NCBI GenBank assembly: GCA_951406725.2
Contig: OX597832.1
Coordinates: 14,508,001-14,572,000 of the forward strand
Direction of reading: 5' to 3'
DNA length: 64,000 bases
From: Octopus vulgaris
Lineage: Eukaryota
The notes below the pieces were generated by a model. The model searched no databases and was not told the origin of the DNA. It saw only the letters and a program-made list of their open reading frames with translations. Each line of letters begins with the position of its first letter. The first letter of the stretch is position 1. This document shows, one piece after another, positions 11,916 through 25,232 of the stretch. The position numbers and the translations under genes are program-made.

Positions 11916-12850
11916 GTTAATTGATCTAGTCTTTACGTGTAAATCAGTAATTTGGATCTCTGCTTTATTCTTCTCTTATAAATAAACAATCATACATCAC
12001 CCCTGCATACATCCACACACTTGTATTTACAGTTTGAACCTTACCAAATAGAGCAATTGTAGTTAAGAGTAGTATAAAAGTACAAATGGAATACAAAAAC
12101 TCACCCATTTACACACACACGCACACACACACACACACACACACATTCATACATAAATATACTATGTAAATGCTTACGAAAAGAACCGCTTTCACTTCTT
12201 TGAATTTATACAAGCAACTGTTACAAAATTTCGACCTCCTCCCACACGATATTTATTATATGCCACTACATCGGTTTTTCTCTCTATTTCTTGGTCAACC
12301 GTTCCATTTATAGTATAAATCCATAGCTGCATAGACTCTCTCCCAAACTGCAACGAAGGCATCGTTTATGGCTCATAAAACTCACGTTTCTTACAGGATC
12401 ATTTTTCTCTAATAATTCATAATAAACTATAATTTTGAATTGAAAAGAAATTCGGATATAATTTACTATCTTGCATTCTATTATTGACGAAATAGAAAAT
12501 ATTACTTTGAATCGATGCAACTGACTTTGTTATTGCACGTTCTTGTGAGAATCTCATCGATTATTCGCAAACAGAAATTCACGTATACACAAATACTCGT
12601 ACACGCATTTAGGCATCCCAAAATAAAATCACGTTTAAAAATACTTTAGGTATAAATTAAACTTAAACACGATTCCCTATCTATTAATAACAGACTTATA
12701 AAGTCTAAGCACATCAGCACGTTGCTACCCTAGCATTCAATTCACAGTGACGTAACAACAATTAGGTATAATGTGTAAATAAAGAACTGCATGTATACAT
12801 GTATCCATACATACGTACACCCCCCGCACACGCACATAAACATATATATT

Positions 12851-12910
<60 letters not shown>

Positions 12911-13000
12911 TGTACTTGCATAGCGAGTGACTTGATCTGAGATTGTGTGCTGGAATGAAAAAAATATATATATGTTTACATGTATGTATATACATACATA

Positions 13001-13152
13001 TAAGAGGGATGACTATTTAGTAGTCATAACTTATGCCAGAAGAAAGGAATTTAGCTAAATTTTCTTAAGAAGATTGCTTTCTTAGAGGTAAGACCATAAA
13101 GGGGAGGGGATTTCTACCGTAAGGTAAGTCCACTTACTCGTCATCCCTCGTA
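13001..13152. mobile_element. Mariner-type MITE (~150 bp)
   Basis: Terminal inverted repeats TAAGAGGGATGAC / GTCATCCCTCGTA (1 mismatch), TA at both ends. Confidence 0.7.
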
Positions 13153-13269
13153 TATGTATGTAATATACTTTTTCTGATTCTTCAGATTTTTCCAAATGCT
13201 AGACCATTGGTTTTAAATTGATACTACTCAAATTAATATTCAATTTTTCACACTAATTACTTTAAATTT

Positions 13270-13352
<83 letters not shown>

Positions 13353-13528
13353 TATATTTATAAAGAACTTTGTACAGGAGTGCGGTCGAATGATATTCAT
13401 GCAGTGTATGTAGAAAATTACACCCTGCTGAGTAAATATATCTGCTCCTGAGCTGTTCAATATGTAATATTTAAGAAATGAATAAAATATAAATGAGTAA
13501 CAGTAGATGTACATGTGTCAACTCATTA

Positions 13529-13829
13529 GGGCCGTTTCTCACGATTCCTCTTATTGATTAATTTAAACATTTCATCATTATAAAGAAACCGTCCAATTGG
13601 CTTGAATTCATGATCTTCAAATTCAAGGAAATTTAAAATCCACAGAGGAAAATATTTTCAGTGATTCTGCTACTGCTTCCGTTTGTGGATTTTCAACCGA
13701 AATAGCAAGAGAATTACCGAAAATATTTTGCTCCATTGACTTTCAACTATGTTAAATCAGTTTGAACTTCCTTAATTTTGAAGTCCATGAATTCATCTGA
13801 CGTAGATCGTTTCTTCATGGAAACGGCCA
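13529..13829. mobile_element. Fold-back MITE, PIF/Harbinger-like
   Basis: TIR GGCCGTTTC/GAAACGGCC with TTA/TAA flanks. Internal arms at 13603-13670 and 13705-13795 are also inverted repeats. Confidence 0.7.
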
Positions 13830-13935
13830 TAAAGGATTGACACTTGTACCTCTATACTTACTCATTTACACACACACTCGAACACACATAAGCACATATA
13901 CACACACACTCACTTCCGCACACACCTTATCTCCC

Positions 13936-14019
<84 letters not shown>

Positions 14020-14039
14020 TATGCGTGTATGCGTTTGTG

Positions 14040-14222
14040 TGTCTGTGTACTGCCAACATCACTTCACAACCGACGCTGGTGTGTTTATGTCCGCGTAATT
14101 TAGCTCGATAGAATAAATACAAGGCTTACAAAGAATAAATCCTGGGGTCGATTTGCTCGACTAGAAGTGGTGCTCCAGCAAGACCAAAGTTACTTGACTG
14201 AAACAAGTAAAAGAATAAAGGG
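14040..14222 (+). mobile_element. 3' half of CORE-like SINE
   Basis: GGCTTACAAAGAATAAATCCTGGGGTCGATTTGCTCGACT...GGTGCTCCAGCA...GACTGAAACAAGTAAAAG, shared with the other copies. Confidence 0.75.
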
Positions 14223-14738
14223 TAAAGAGAGAGTATGAACCGAAGATCCAAATCCAGGCCTGCCCTAAGCATAAAGAACAAAAATAGAGTTTAAAATTTA
14301 CTGCAACTCTTTCGGTAGAATATTATTAATTCACTGATATATTACATAAAACCATAAACTATCAATCAAGTAACAATTTAAATGATGAGAAAAGGCAAGT
14401 CCCAACCTTGATGTGACTTAGCAACCAACATGATGAATAAGTATATATACATACTTATATGTGTGTGTATGTGATAACTTATGTAAATGTATGCATATAA
14501 ATATTTTTCTCTATATGTATATCGATATCTAACTATCTTTCATGTACTTTATCATATATATATATATATGTATGTATGGTTAGCTGAAGTAGTGGTTAAA
14601 ATCAGCGTGTAAGTTAATATAACAGAATAATACCTATGCTTAACCATGGGCATACACGTGGAGGCATATTATAACACATGTTATTGTTAAAGAAAATGTT
14701 AAACATAAGTTTAACTAGAATAAAAATTGTGTGCTTTC

Positions 14739-14790
<52 letters not shown>

Positions 14791-15623
14791 CATCGAAAAG
14801 TGAAAATGAATGCTCAACACGACAACGTGCACATATGTGTATGTGATCACATGTATTAGTAATTTTCTTGATCGCAAAACGCATAGTTTGAACTTATTTT
14901 GATTACTTTATTAATAAGGAAATAACTATTACTTTCATCTCATTAAATTTTCAAGCATTGTTTTCCGTGTATGCAAATTCATTCTTTGTTTACGCAATTA
15001 ACAATCTTGAGAAACAATTAAAACCGGATGCATTTCAGAGAAAGCAATAATATAATTATCGTAGAAGTACATGGAGAAAATTTTTGAATACATAAAAATA
15101 CTTTCGGGAAGTTCTTTAATTGTTTCGTTTGGAGAAACAAATTTGCTTAAAATATTTAATTCCTAATTGTTTGATTTCATTTTATGAATCTCTATATAAT
15201 ATTCCGTTCATTATGTGCATGTTTAAGATGCTGCAGCTTTGAAGAAACAAATGCTATTAAAATCCAAACTGACACTCAGGAGAAATGAAGACAGAGGTTA
15301 AGAAAGCAGAAAGAAAGGAAGGAAAGGAAAAATTCGAAGCAGTAATATTTTAGAAAATACATCCAGTTCAAATGGTAAAATCGCCCACATTAAATATAGA
15401 TAAACATGCTGTGTTTGTATCTGTAGATTACATAATTAAGCTTCAACCATTGAAACAATCACATTGGGCAACACACGATTTCCTGAATGACAAAAAGTTT
15501 CACGTTAGTTTACGTTGCATGAACACAGTAGACGTACAACATCGAGGAATAGTTGTTTTTGATTGTGAGTTAGTGCCGTCCCATGTCTTTCTGACATATA
15601 TACATTAGTCAGACATAAGCACA

Positions 15624-15677
<54 letters not shown>

Positions 15678-15699
15678 CACAAACACACACACGAGCAGG

Positions 15700-15944
15700 T
15701 ATCCCCAAAGTTTTGGCAAGATTTGATGCAGATTTGCTACACAACATTCTGAACCATGGTGAATGCGACGGTCACACGTTACACTCCTTCCTTTCAAGCG
15801 CTGCTGTAAATATCGGCAGTGAGCTAGGATGTAAAAACTAGCCCACATACACAACAGGGATCAAAGTCAATCTGCAAGCCTTACTTTGCGTGCTTTCCTA
15901 TTGTTACTGTGGCAACAGTCCAGATATTTATTGCTCAGACCACG

Positions 15945-15946
<2 letters not shown>
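15700..15946 (-). mobile_element. Mariner-like terminal fragment
   Basis: Minus strand begins TACGTGGTCTGAGCAATAAATATCTGGACTG, a TA-CG.GG-type mariner TIR; recognised by resemblance only. Confidence 0.5.
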
Positions 15947-15996
<50 letters not shown>

Positions 15997-15997
15997 A

Positions 15998-16031
<34 letters not shown>

Positions 16032-16097
16032 ATATCTATCTATCTATCTATCTATCTATCTAGCTAGCTATATATATATCTATCAATCTATCTATCT
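15945..16097. repeat. (TATC)n microsatellite
   Basis: Direct reading; another at 19565-19640. Confidence 0.95.
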
Positions 16098-16118
16098 ATA
16101 AACACACACACACACACA

Positions 16119-16157
<39 letters not shown>

Positions 16158-16289
16158 GTGACTATACATCCATGTCAGTGCATATAACAAACATAGAAAC
16201 ATATGTGTATGTATATATATAACATAAACATATTTATATATGTATATATTTATATTTATGTATCCATACATATATATAAATATGTATAC

Positions 16290-16357
<68 letters not shown>

Positions 16358-16892
16358 TGAAATAGTTCGTTATATGCATAAAGACAAATACACTTGCATA
16401 TACATTGATTTGTCTTACTTTTTCATCTCTCTTATTATAGTTTTCATTTTTACAACTTATATGTAAATATCCTGTTGAATATTCCCTGTTGCCCTATCTG
16501 TTTCACCTTATTGATTTTTACCAATATTTTTTTTTCTTTGATGTTCTTCCTTAAATTTTCCACCCTGATGAGAATGACAATGCATAACTTTAATTATAAT
16601 AATATATATTATTATTATTTTTTCTTAAATATTTCTATTGTCATTTGAAACTTTCGTATGTGTTAAATCCAATTTTGATTCTAACATCTTTTCTCCATTT
16701 TTATACTTCTGGTATCTTTATACCTATAAATGCTTCAATTGTTATTTTCATATTCTTCCTACTTGCTCTGTCTGATTTTCATGAATATGATGAATTTTTA
16801 TTGGAAATTATTTTCACTATTTTCGGATTCCTCAAAAAGTTTCAATTATTCTATTTGAACTTATTTTTATTATATGTATAAATATATACATG

Positions 16893-16957
<65 letters not shown>

Positions 16958-16961
16958 ATAT

Positions 16962-16994
<33 letters not shown>

Positions 16995-16997
<3 letters not shown>

Positions 16998-18725
16998 TTT
17001 AGCTGTTCCAGCTGAAACATTTGGCTATACTGGAGTACGTCTGTTTTGCTACGCTGCTATTATTGAGAGACCCCTCTGGTTTGTGCATTTAGTGCCTCAA
17101 CACCCAGTCATAGTGCTGTAGGCTCTGGATCAGGCAGCTCCCAGCTGGTCAAAAACCATTCTATGTATAACTCAGCAAGTCGTTTTCTTCAAGGAATGTG
17201 ATTAGTTTCCTTCTGAATTTTCGTTCCAAGACTTTGCTGATGTGTGGAGTCAGAGAAATAGGCCTATAATTTTTGGCATCTGCTCTGCTTCTTCCTTTAT
17301 TTCTTCCTTTCAGTTTGCCTGGTATCTTGCCAATTGCTAGACAACTCTGGAAGAGCATCTGTAGTGCTTTGGCCATGACACGTTTACACAATTTGAGGAG
17401 GATTGTTAGGAAACCATCAGGGCCCGCAGTTGAGTTTGTGTCCACGCTTTCTATGGCTAGTATAATATATTTTCCCCAAAATAAATGTAATCCATTTAAC
17501 TACATCGCGGGTTTTAGGTGACGTAGCAAAGAAATCCACTGGATCGTTCATTTGTTTTGGAGTGGTCACGGCACTTTTGAACTGGTCATATAGTATCACA
17601 CTGATCTTGGTTGGGTATCTGTGAGCGAGCCATCCTTCTGGAAGTGGGGTCATATTTTGCAGCGTACGGAAGCTTTTACTTTGTCGCAACGAAAGGAGTA
17701 CTTTGAATTTGACTTGATGTTTTCTATAACCCAAGCTTCTTTGTTTGATGTCTCCTTCACATAGGAATGCTGCAGGCTATTTTCAAACTCCATTAGTGTT
17801 GTTTTTAGGTGGGATCTTTCACAACGTTCGGCATATTGGTTGAAGCGATTTGCAATGATCATCCCTCGTCTCATGAGGATCTTGCTCTCCCTTGGAATCT
17901 TGTTCCGTTTTGTGTTGGCCTTGTGCCCTGGGACATATTTCATAACGGACATGGAATATTCAAGTTTCATGCCAATGCCTGGTGTGGAATGATATTTCGG
18001 TCAGTCCTGTCTGAGGATCTACTTTTTAAATCGATTTCCAGTTTGCTTTGTGTAAGTTCAGTTTGGAGAGATTTTAGTTGTTTCTTTTAGGCTGTATGTC
18101 TCTGGTTACTTTTGACCCATACATAGACAGTTCTATTATGCTGTCATCCGAAACTATTATCGGTGTGATTTTCACATTATGAACGATGTCAATATTGTTT
18201 GTGAAGCAGAGATCCAATGTTTTATACGCCTTGGTTAATAAGGGCAGAATTTGCTGCATGAACACGGCAATGGTGATGTTGAGCATGGACTCTACCTGTA
18301 CTTGCTTGCAGTGAGTCATGCCTGAGTGCATGAGTCCATCGGATCATTTGACACTGGGGAATTTGAATCACGTATAAGAAACACACACACGTGAAGTTCC
18401 ATTTTCATGAGGATTTCTTAATTTTTTTGTGAGGCAATCTTCAACCTTGTCTATGAACTTTGTAGCATCCAGTGGGCGATATGTATTGCATATTACTATA
18501 TTGCGTTGTATTATATATACAACTAGAGTGTGAAATACTGAATTTGAGTATGAAAGAAGAACTTTGGGTGTAAACTCATCATGGATGTATTTAGCGACAC
18601 CACCATGGCTCATTCCTCTTATGTCTGTTCACAGTATAGTATATTTTGGAACGTGTACTTCTGCATCCTCTATATCAGGCCTCAGATGAATTTCCACGAG
18701 TGCTATGCATCGTGCTTGATTGCAT
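16995..18725 (-). mobile_element. CR1/L2-group LINE relic (AP endonuclease, N-terminal RT, then 3' tail)
   Basis: APE motifs HGGVAKYI, YRPLD, TLDLCFTNN..SDDSII; RT motifs AGPDG, NYRPISLTPHISKVLER, GF*PAGSCL..LQHYD. Many stops and frameshifts. Confidence 0.9.
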
Positions 18726-19563
18726 GTAGCAAAATTTCGTGATCTCTACTTTACCATACGTAATAAATTTTCCTGAAATTTTCCAAGGGTAATGAATTGC
18801 CCTGTACTTTTCCAGGTTTATAATCTTATGATTATTATTTCTCTTGCTCGCATTTTCCCACGTAGTCCTTGTTTTACCCAGACTGTTATGCTGATTAATG
18901 CGTCAAATGTGTCAGTTAGCGGTGTCGTTGATTATTTTTTCCTTAGCCCAATGATGCCGATGACATATATCACATATCCCCTTATAGAACTATTTTTATA
19001 AAAAAAAGTATAGAACGATATTATCACCTTCAAATTTGAGAAACAATCACTCATAATTAATTCTTTTTCAAACTTCTTTGCGGGAGATTGATACCATGAA
19101 ATTCGTCGAATTGAGCTCTATCACATTAGATTAATTAAAATAGAGGTTATTTTTAAAATATAAATTTCATCATACTTACATCAAATGTATTTTGCATTTT
19201 TTCATGACATTTTACCTCACAATTTTTTTTATATAAATTCTTGTTGCATGGAAACAAAACTATGGAATTCCTCAGGCATTCGTCTATTATTGAAGCTAAG
19301 ATAAATATATTTTGCTTTTAATACAAAAAGGTTATTTAGATCTAAATTTGTCTGGAGGCGTTATTTACTCACCTATAACGTTGCTATAAATATTGATGTA
19401 CACTATTTTCTACTGACCTTATCCCAATTTTTTATGCAAAATGTGGCTAAGGACCAGTCATTTTCAAGAATGTTAACAGTTTTCAATTTGAAAGATGCTG
19501 TGTGTGAGTAACTTGCGGGATTATGGACATTATTCAACTACTAGCGCATTAGAATGACACATA

Positions 19564-19642
<79 letters not shown>

Positions 19643-19911
19643 ATATATATCATTTTTAACATAAATTTATAGTCAGAAAACTTTATCGCCTAAAGCTATA
19701 GTAGAAGACCTTTATCCAATGTTCCAAGCAGAGGACCGGACTCGGAGGAACGTTGTTCTCTCTGTGTGTGTAAACACATGCATACATACACACACGCACA
19801 CACAGACATATTTATATATTTAGATAATTAGATACATTGACGGATAGACATGTATATTCACATATATAAATACATATATATATATTTCACTATTTATTCA
19901 TATATATATAT

Positions 19912-20141
19912 TCTTTTCTTGTTTCATTTATTTAACTGCGGCCGTGCTCGAGCATCGTCTTTAGTCTAGCATATCGACACCAAAAGCCTTATTCTTTGTA
20001 AGCTTAGTACTTATTTTTTCGGTGTGTGTTGCCACAACGCTACGCTACGGGGACGTAAACAAACCACACTCAGTTGTCAAGCGATGTTATGGGGACAGAC
20101 GCAGACACACAAACACATACACACATTTACACACAAGCACA

Positions 20142-20233
<92 letters not shown>

Positions 20234-20386
20234 ATGCGTCTTTCAGTTTCCGTCTTCTAAATCCACTCACATGGCTTTGATTGGCCCGAGATTATAGTAG
20301 AAGACACTCGCACAAGTTGCCACGCAGTGGGATTGAGCCTTGAACCATGTGGTTGGTATGTAAGCTACTTAACACCCAGCCACACC
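19912..20386 (-). mobile_element. Near-full-length CORE-like tRNA SINE with internal (TA)n(TG)n
   Basis: Head GTTAAGTAGCTT..CCAACCACATGGTTCAAGGCTCAATCCCACTGCGTGGCAACTTGTGCGAGTGTCTTCTACTATA (CORE-like CTTGGGCAAGT), then the microsatellite and the shared tail. Confidence 0.85.
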
Positions 20387-21175
20387 AGGGTGGCTAGTTC
20401 GCAATTTACAACCAAAAGTCAGAAGTTTAGTCGTGACTAAAGTGATCAGCATTGCTAGAAATGCAAATGAAAACAACTCTTATCCACGAGAAAAAACTTA
20501 TTCTGCAGCTGACAAGGAAGGCTTACTCTCTAAAGCATCCGGTAGCTAGCCAGATCACCAGTGATTTCACATTTGGTTAATGCTTGTCAGTGGCTCTCAC
20601 CCGGTTGCCTAGGGTCATGCATAGGGTTTCCAGTTTATAATTTACTGTTGAAATTGTACGCTGATTTCATAAATATTAAAAGTGAAATGTGCAACAAAAT
20701 TATAATGACTGAAAGAATTCAACTTTTCGCATACTTTTAATTCATTCTCACATTACTAGGAAGTCTATGCGTAAAGTATTTGCAAACAGCAAATGAATAC
20801 GCTATGTTGAATTACTTTCTAAAGTCACTCTGAATAATGGTTACTTCAGTACCAAATATTCAACACGAAACCAAATTTGTCTAAAGGTGTTACGGATAAA
20901 TCTGAAGTAGAAATTCCTCTCGCCAACAGCAAATGATATCAAATGAACTAAATTATCAAACTGAACATAGAGGAAGCAAATGACATAAATACTCAGAACT
21001 GCTCGGAAAAGTATTCAACATAATTTCAATATAATAGACAAAGAAGTAAAAATATAATGTATGCGATCATATTTTCTCCCTTCAAAAGAAAAAGAAATCT
21101 AAGTATACTCGTGTAAAATAGGCATTTCGTTTACTTTATAATTTTTGTGGGGTTTTTTTTTGTTACTACATATAG

Positions 21176-21720
21176 TCACTGTGATCACCATGACCGACCA
21201 GACTATCAGATGTTGCTACAATTCGCTGGTCACAATGCGCTTCAGATTGTATTAGCCTTCAAATGACGCCAACCTGCAGGCTAAGCGAACAAGCCAACAG
21301 AAGAAAGATTGAAAGAAAGTTGTGGCGAAAGAGTACAGCAGGGATCGCCACCACTCCCTGCCGGAGCCTCGTTGAGCTTTAGGTGTTTTCGCTCAATAAA
21401 CACTCACAATGCCCGGTCTGGGAATCGAAACCTATTTCTTTATTACCCACAAGGGGCTAAACACAGAGGGAACAAACAAGGACAGACATAGGTATTAAGT
21501 CGATACTTAAATTATCGACCCCGAAATGATGAAAGGCAAAGTCGACCTCGGTGGAATTTGAACTCACAACGTAACGCAGACGAAATACCGCTAAGTATTT
21601 CGCCCGGCGTGCTAACGTTTCTGCCAGCTCGCCGCCTTTCGATTCCCGGTCTGGGAATCGAAACCGCGATCCTACGACCGCGAGTCCGCTGACCTAACCA
21701 CTGGACCTATTGCGCATCCA
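21176..21720 (-). mobile_element. tRNA-derived SINE type B, interrupted by a nested SINE
   Basis: tRNA-like head ..CCAGTGGTTAGG..GGTTTCGATTCCC identical in kind to 62855-63241 but with a different 3' half. Confidence 0.85.
21433..21638 (-). mobile_element. Young-tail SINE nested in the B-box of SINE type B, 21-bp TSD
   Basis: Full head and ..TAATAAAGAAATA tail; CCCGGTCTGGGAATCGAAACC duplicated at 21412-21432 and 21645-21665. Confidence 0.9.
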
Positions 21721-22260
21721 TACTACCTATAGTAGTAACAGAAAATATATGAGAAATTTCCACTCACATCATTCAAAGTGTGCTTTTATAAAGGCAGAGT
21801 ACACATTAATAAAATTAACAATAGTGTTTGAAAGAAAATTACAATGCTACGTACCAACGTAATTTTTTTCTGCATTCTGCAGTTGATATATTGTAGACCA
21901 ACGACGACTACTAAGTTTCTAAACGCGAATCCCAGAATGTAATAACATCCATTCAATCACGAAAGTCATAAGTATCGCAAAAACTGAAACATAATATCAT
22001 TATTAACAGAATCGTTAATTCCAAGTGATTTGATGATATAAGCATTCTGCGTCATAAGTACAAAACCAATATATTATCGAGATTTAACTACGAAGTACAA
22101 TCATGTGTGAAACTAGTAACTATCAATGTTATATCAGCTGTGATGTGCGAGCTCTTAAAATATGTATGAATAGTACATACATAGCACATATCAAGATACG
22201 ATATCCACTTAATATCATAGAGTATTATGAGTATTTAGTACACCAGGAGACATGCACAAC

Positions 22261-22595
22261 GGTATTCCGTCAGTATTTATGTTCTGGGTTCAAATTCTGG
22301 CGAGGACGACTTTGCCTTTCATCCTTTCGGGGTCGATTAAATAAATACCAGGTACGCACTGGAGTCGATATAATGGACTTAATCCGTTTATCTGTCCTTG
22401 TTTGTCCTCTCTGTGTTTAGCTCCTTGTGGGTAGTAACGAAATAGGTATTCCGTCAGTCTTTATGTTCTGGGTTCAAATTCTGGCGAGGTCGACTTTGAC
22501 TGTTATTTCTTTGGGGTCGATAAAAATAAGTACCAGTTGAGATTTGGAGTTGATGTAATAAACTTACACCTTAACATGTAATTACTAGCCTTGAA
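22261..22595 (+). mobile_element. SINE dimer (young-tail body followed by older body)
   Basis: Junction AAATA|GGTATT at 22444|22445; both units start with the same locus-specific ~47 bp. Confidence 0.85.
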
Positions 22596-22715
22596 ATCAA
22601 TGTTATAAAGTACTCCATATTTCAATGAAACGTTTGTGTTGTAGATTACGCAAATTCTTCACCAGCGGGAGTACTTTTACTACGGTAATAGTAATTTCTT
22701 CATGATTCAATTTTT

Positions 22716-22943
22716 TTATTCTTTTTACTGTTTTCAGTCATTTTGACTGTGGCAATGCTAGACCAGCGCATTTTAGTCGAAGAAATCGACCCCTGGGCAT
22801 ATTCTTTGTAAGTCTGGTACTTATTCTATCAGGTTCATTTGGGGTGATGCCGACGTAAACACATCAATATCGGTTGTCAAGCGATGGCGGAGGGAGAAAC
22901 ACCGGGTCAAACACAAACACATACACATACGCGCACACGCATA

Positions 22944-22976
<33 letters not shown>

Positions 22977-23141
22977 GACAGAGTTGTTTCAGTTTCCGTT
23001 TACCAAATATTAAATATACTGACAAGGTTTTGGTTTGCCCAAAGATATAGTAGAAGACACATGCCCAAGATGCCATTCCCAAGATGGAACTAAAACCGGA
23101 AACATGTGGTTGAGAAGCAAACTTCTTACCACACAGCTACG
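22716..23141 (-). mobile_element. CORE-like SINE
   Basis: TGTGTGGTAAGAAGTTTGCTTCTCAACCACATG...CATCTTGGGCATGTGTCTTCTACTATA, internal microsatellite and shared tail. Confidence 0.85.
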
Positions 23142-23744
23142 TAAGAATTTTGAAATTGAAATTAAAAGTTTAAGCTGTTAAATTATTACGATATTCTTAA
23201 TGTTGGCACACTAATAGTTTTGTATATTATTATTTCATTCCATTTACTAAATCATTAGCATGAAAAAAAGAATCATTTTACATAAACAGTTTATGAAGCG
23301 AAGCAATGTTTTATGGCCAGTAAATGATGTGCAGAAAAAATCACGGAATAATGTTTTTCTTGATTTTACCTTTCTTTATTACAGCTTTATTAGTGTAACA
23401 ATGGAAATAGTGTAGAATAGTTACTTAGAGTCTACATGCTGGGTATCAATGAAATTGTCTAATGTGTCTACTATTAATCACTATTTTAGTTTTACATATA
23501 AGCAAACTTCACACGCCATGTCTGATATATTTTCGTACTCTAAATTTTAGATATACGCTTTTGTTTCATACTCGTAATCCTGGTAGTGTAAGAAGCATCT
23601 TTCTATGGTGCCTTTACTTTTATGAGAAATGTTATCGGATCACTTAGAAATCACTGTCAATGTATACCAGGGAGTTGTCTTGTATGAAAACTAAATGCAT
23701 CGTATTTCCATTTTGATTCCGAATATTTAAACCTAACGCTACTA

Positions 23745-24345
23745 CCTCAGTACCTGCGCGATATTGTTCATATTTACTGCGATCATTCTTTTAAATCCAT
23801 GCGGAAAACTTGATCTTTGTAGGTGTTCTATCATTACATTTGCACCAATCATTTTCAGCCATGTTGCTTCTGGATTTCTCATAATTCCAAGCGTTCTAAT
23901 TACTATTGTTATCACGTCCACTTTTTTCATTGGCTACAACCAACCTATTTCCCACTTCAAATCGTCATAGTTGCACACTTTCTTTTCGTTTTCCTTTTGG
24001 ATCCTGCTGTCAGCGGGACATTCTATGTCGATTAAAATGCAACCGGTTTTCTTTTGCGTACACCAAAACAATGTCGGGTCTCCAGTGTCTGATCTGATGG
24101 TCAGACTGGAATATTGTATAACATTGTATTTTGCAGTCTTCATTCTCAGTAAATCCTGGGATTTTGTCGTATCCTATCTTTGCTCTTTGAAGGCCGTGAT
24201 TTCCACAGAGCTTCTAATGAATCATTCCTGCCCCGTTTGTCATGTCACGCATCGTGCCAATTGCGTGCGTTCATTAAGAATGTGCCACGCCGTTTTACGC
24301 CTGTCACCACACATTCTGCATTTGTCGCTCTCAGCTGTGTTATCA
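23745..24345 (-). pseudogene. R4/Dong-like non-LTR retrotransposon C-terminus (CCHC finger and restriction-like endonuclease)
   Basis: CRMCGDRRKTAWHIL, HRRPDIV, CILIDIECPAD...KKVCNYDDLKWEI and VDVITIVIRTLG, matching the PD-(D/E)xK RLE domain; frameshifted. Confidence 0.85.
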
Positions 24346-24841
<496 letters not shown>

Positions 24842-24857
24842 GTATTTTTTATCATTA

Positions 24858-25062
24858 TAAGGTTGCGTGCTTGCAGAAACGTTAGCTTGTCGGGTGAAAT
24901 GCTTAGTGGCATTTCGTTTGTCTTTACATTCACAGTTCAATTTCCACCGAGGTCGACTTTGCGTTTCATACTTTCCACATCGATAAATTAAGTATTGGGG
25001 TCATCAAATCAACTGGTCCCCTCAACCTAAATTTCGGGTCTTATGCCTAGATTAGAAAAGAC
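24858..25062 (+). mobile_element. Older-tail SINE of the AAGGCGGCGAG family
   Basis: GCAGAAACGTTAGC...GAGGTCGACTTTG...AAATTTCGGGTCTTATGCCTAGATTAGAAAAG. Confidence 0.75.
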
Positions 25063-25146
25063 TATCATTATTATTGCTATTGTTGTTGGTGTTGTTGTTA
25101 TTATTATTGTTATTATTGTTGTTGTTATTATTATATATTATTATTA

Positions 25147-25232
<86 letters not shown>

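Noticed and set aside
12380-12450. IVYYELLEKN, a mariner-like peptide on the minus strand
   Set aside because: A single short motif with no supporting flanking motifs.
16565-16600. CTGATGA motif (also 27211, 55653 and 56138 on minus)
   Set aside because: No properly placed stem II, GAAA and stem I.
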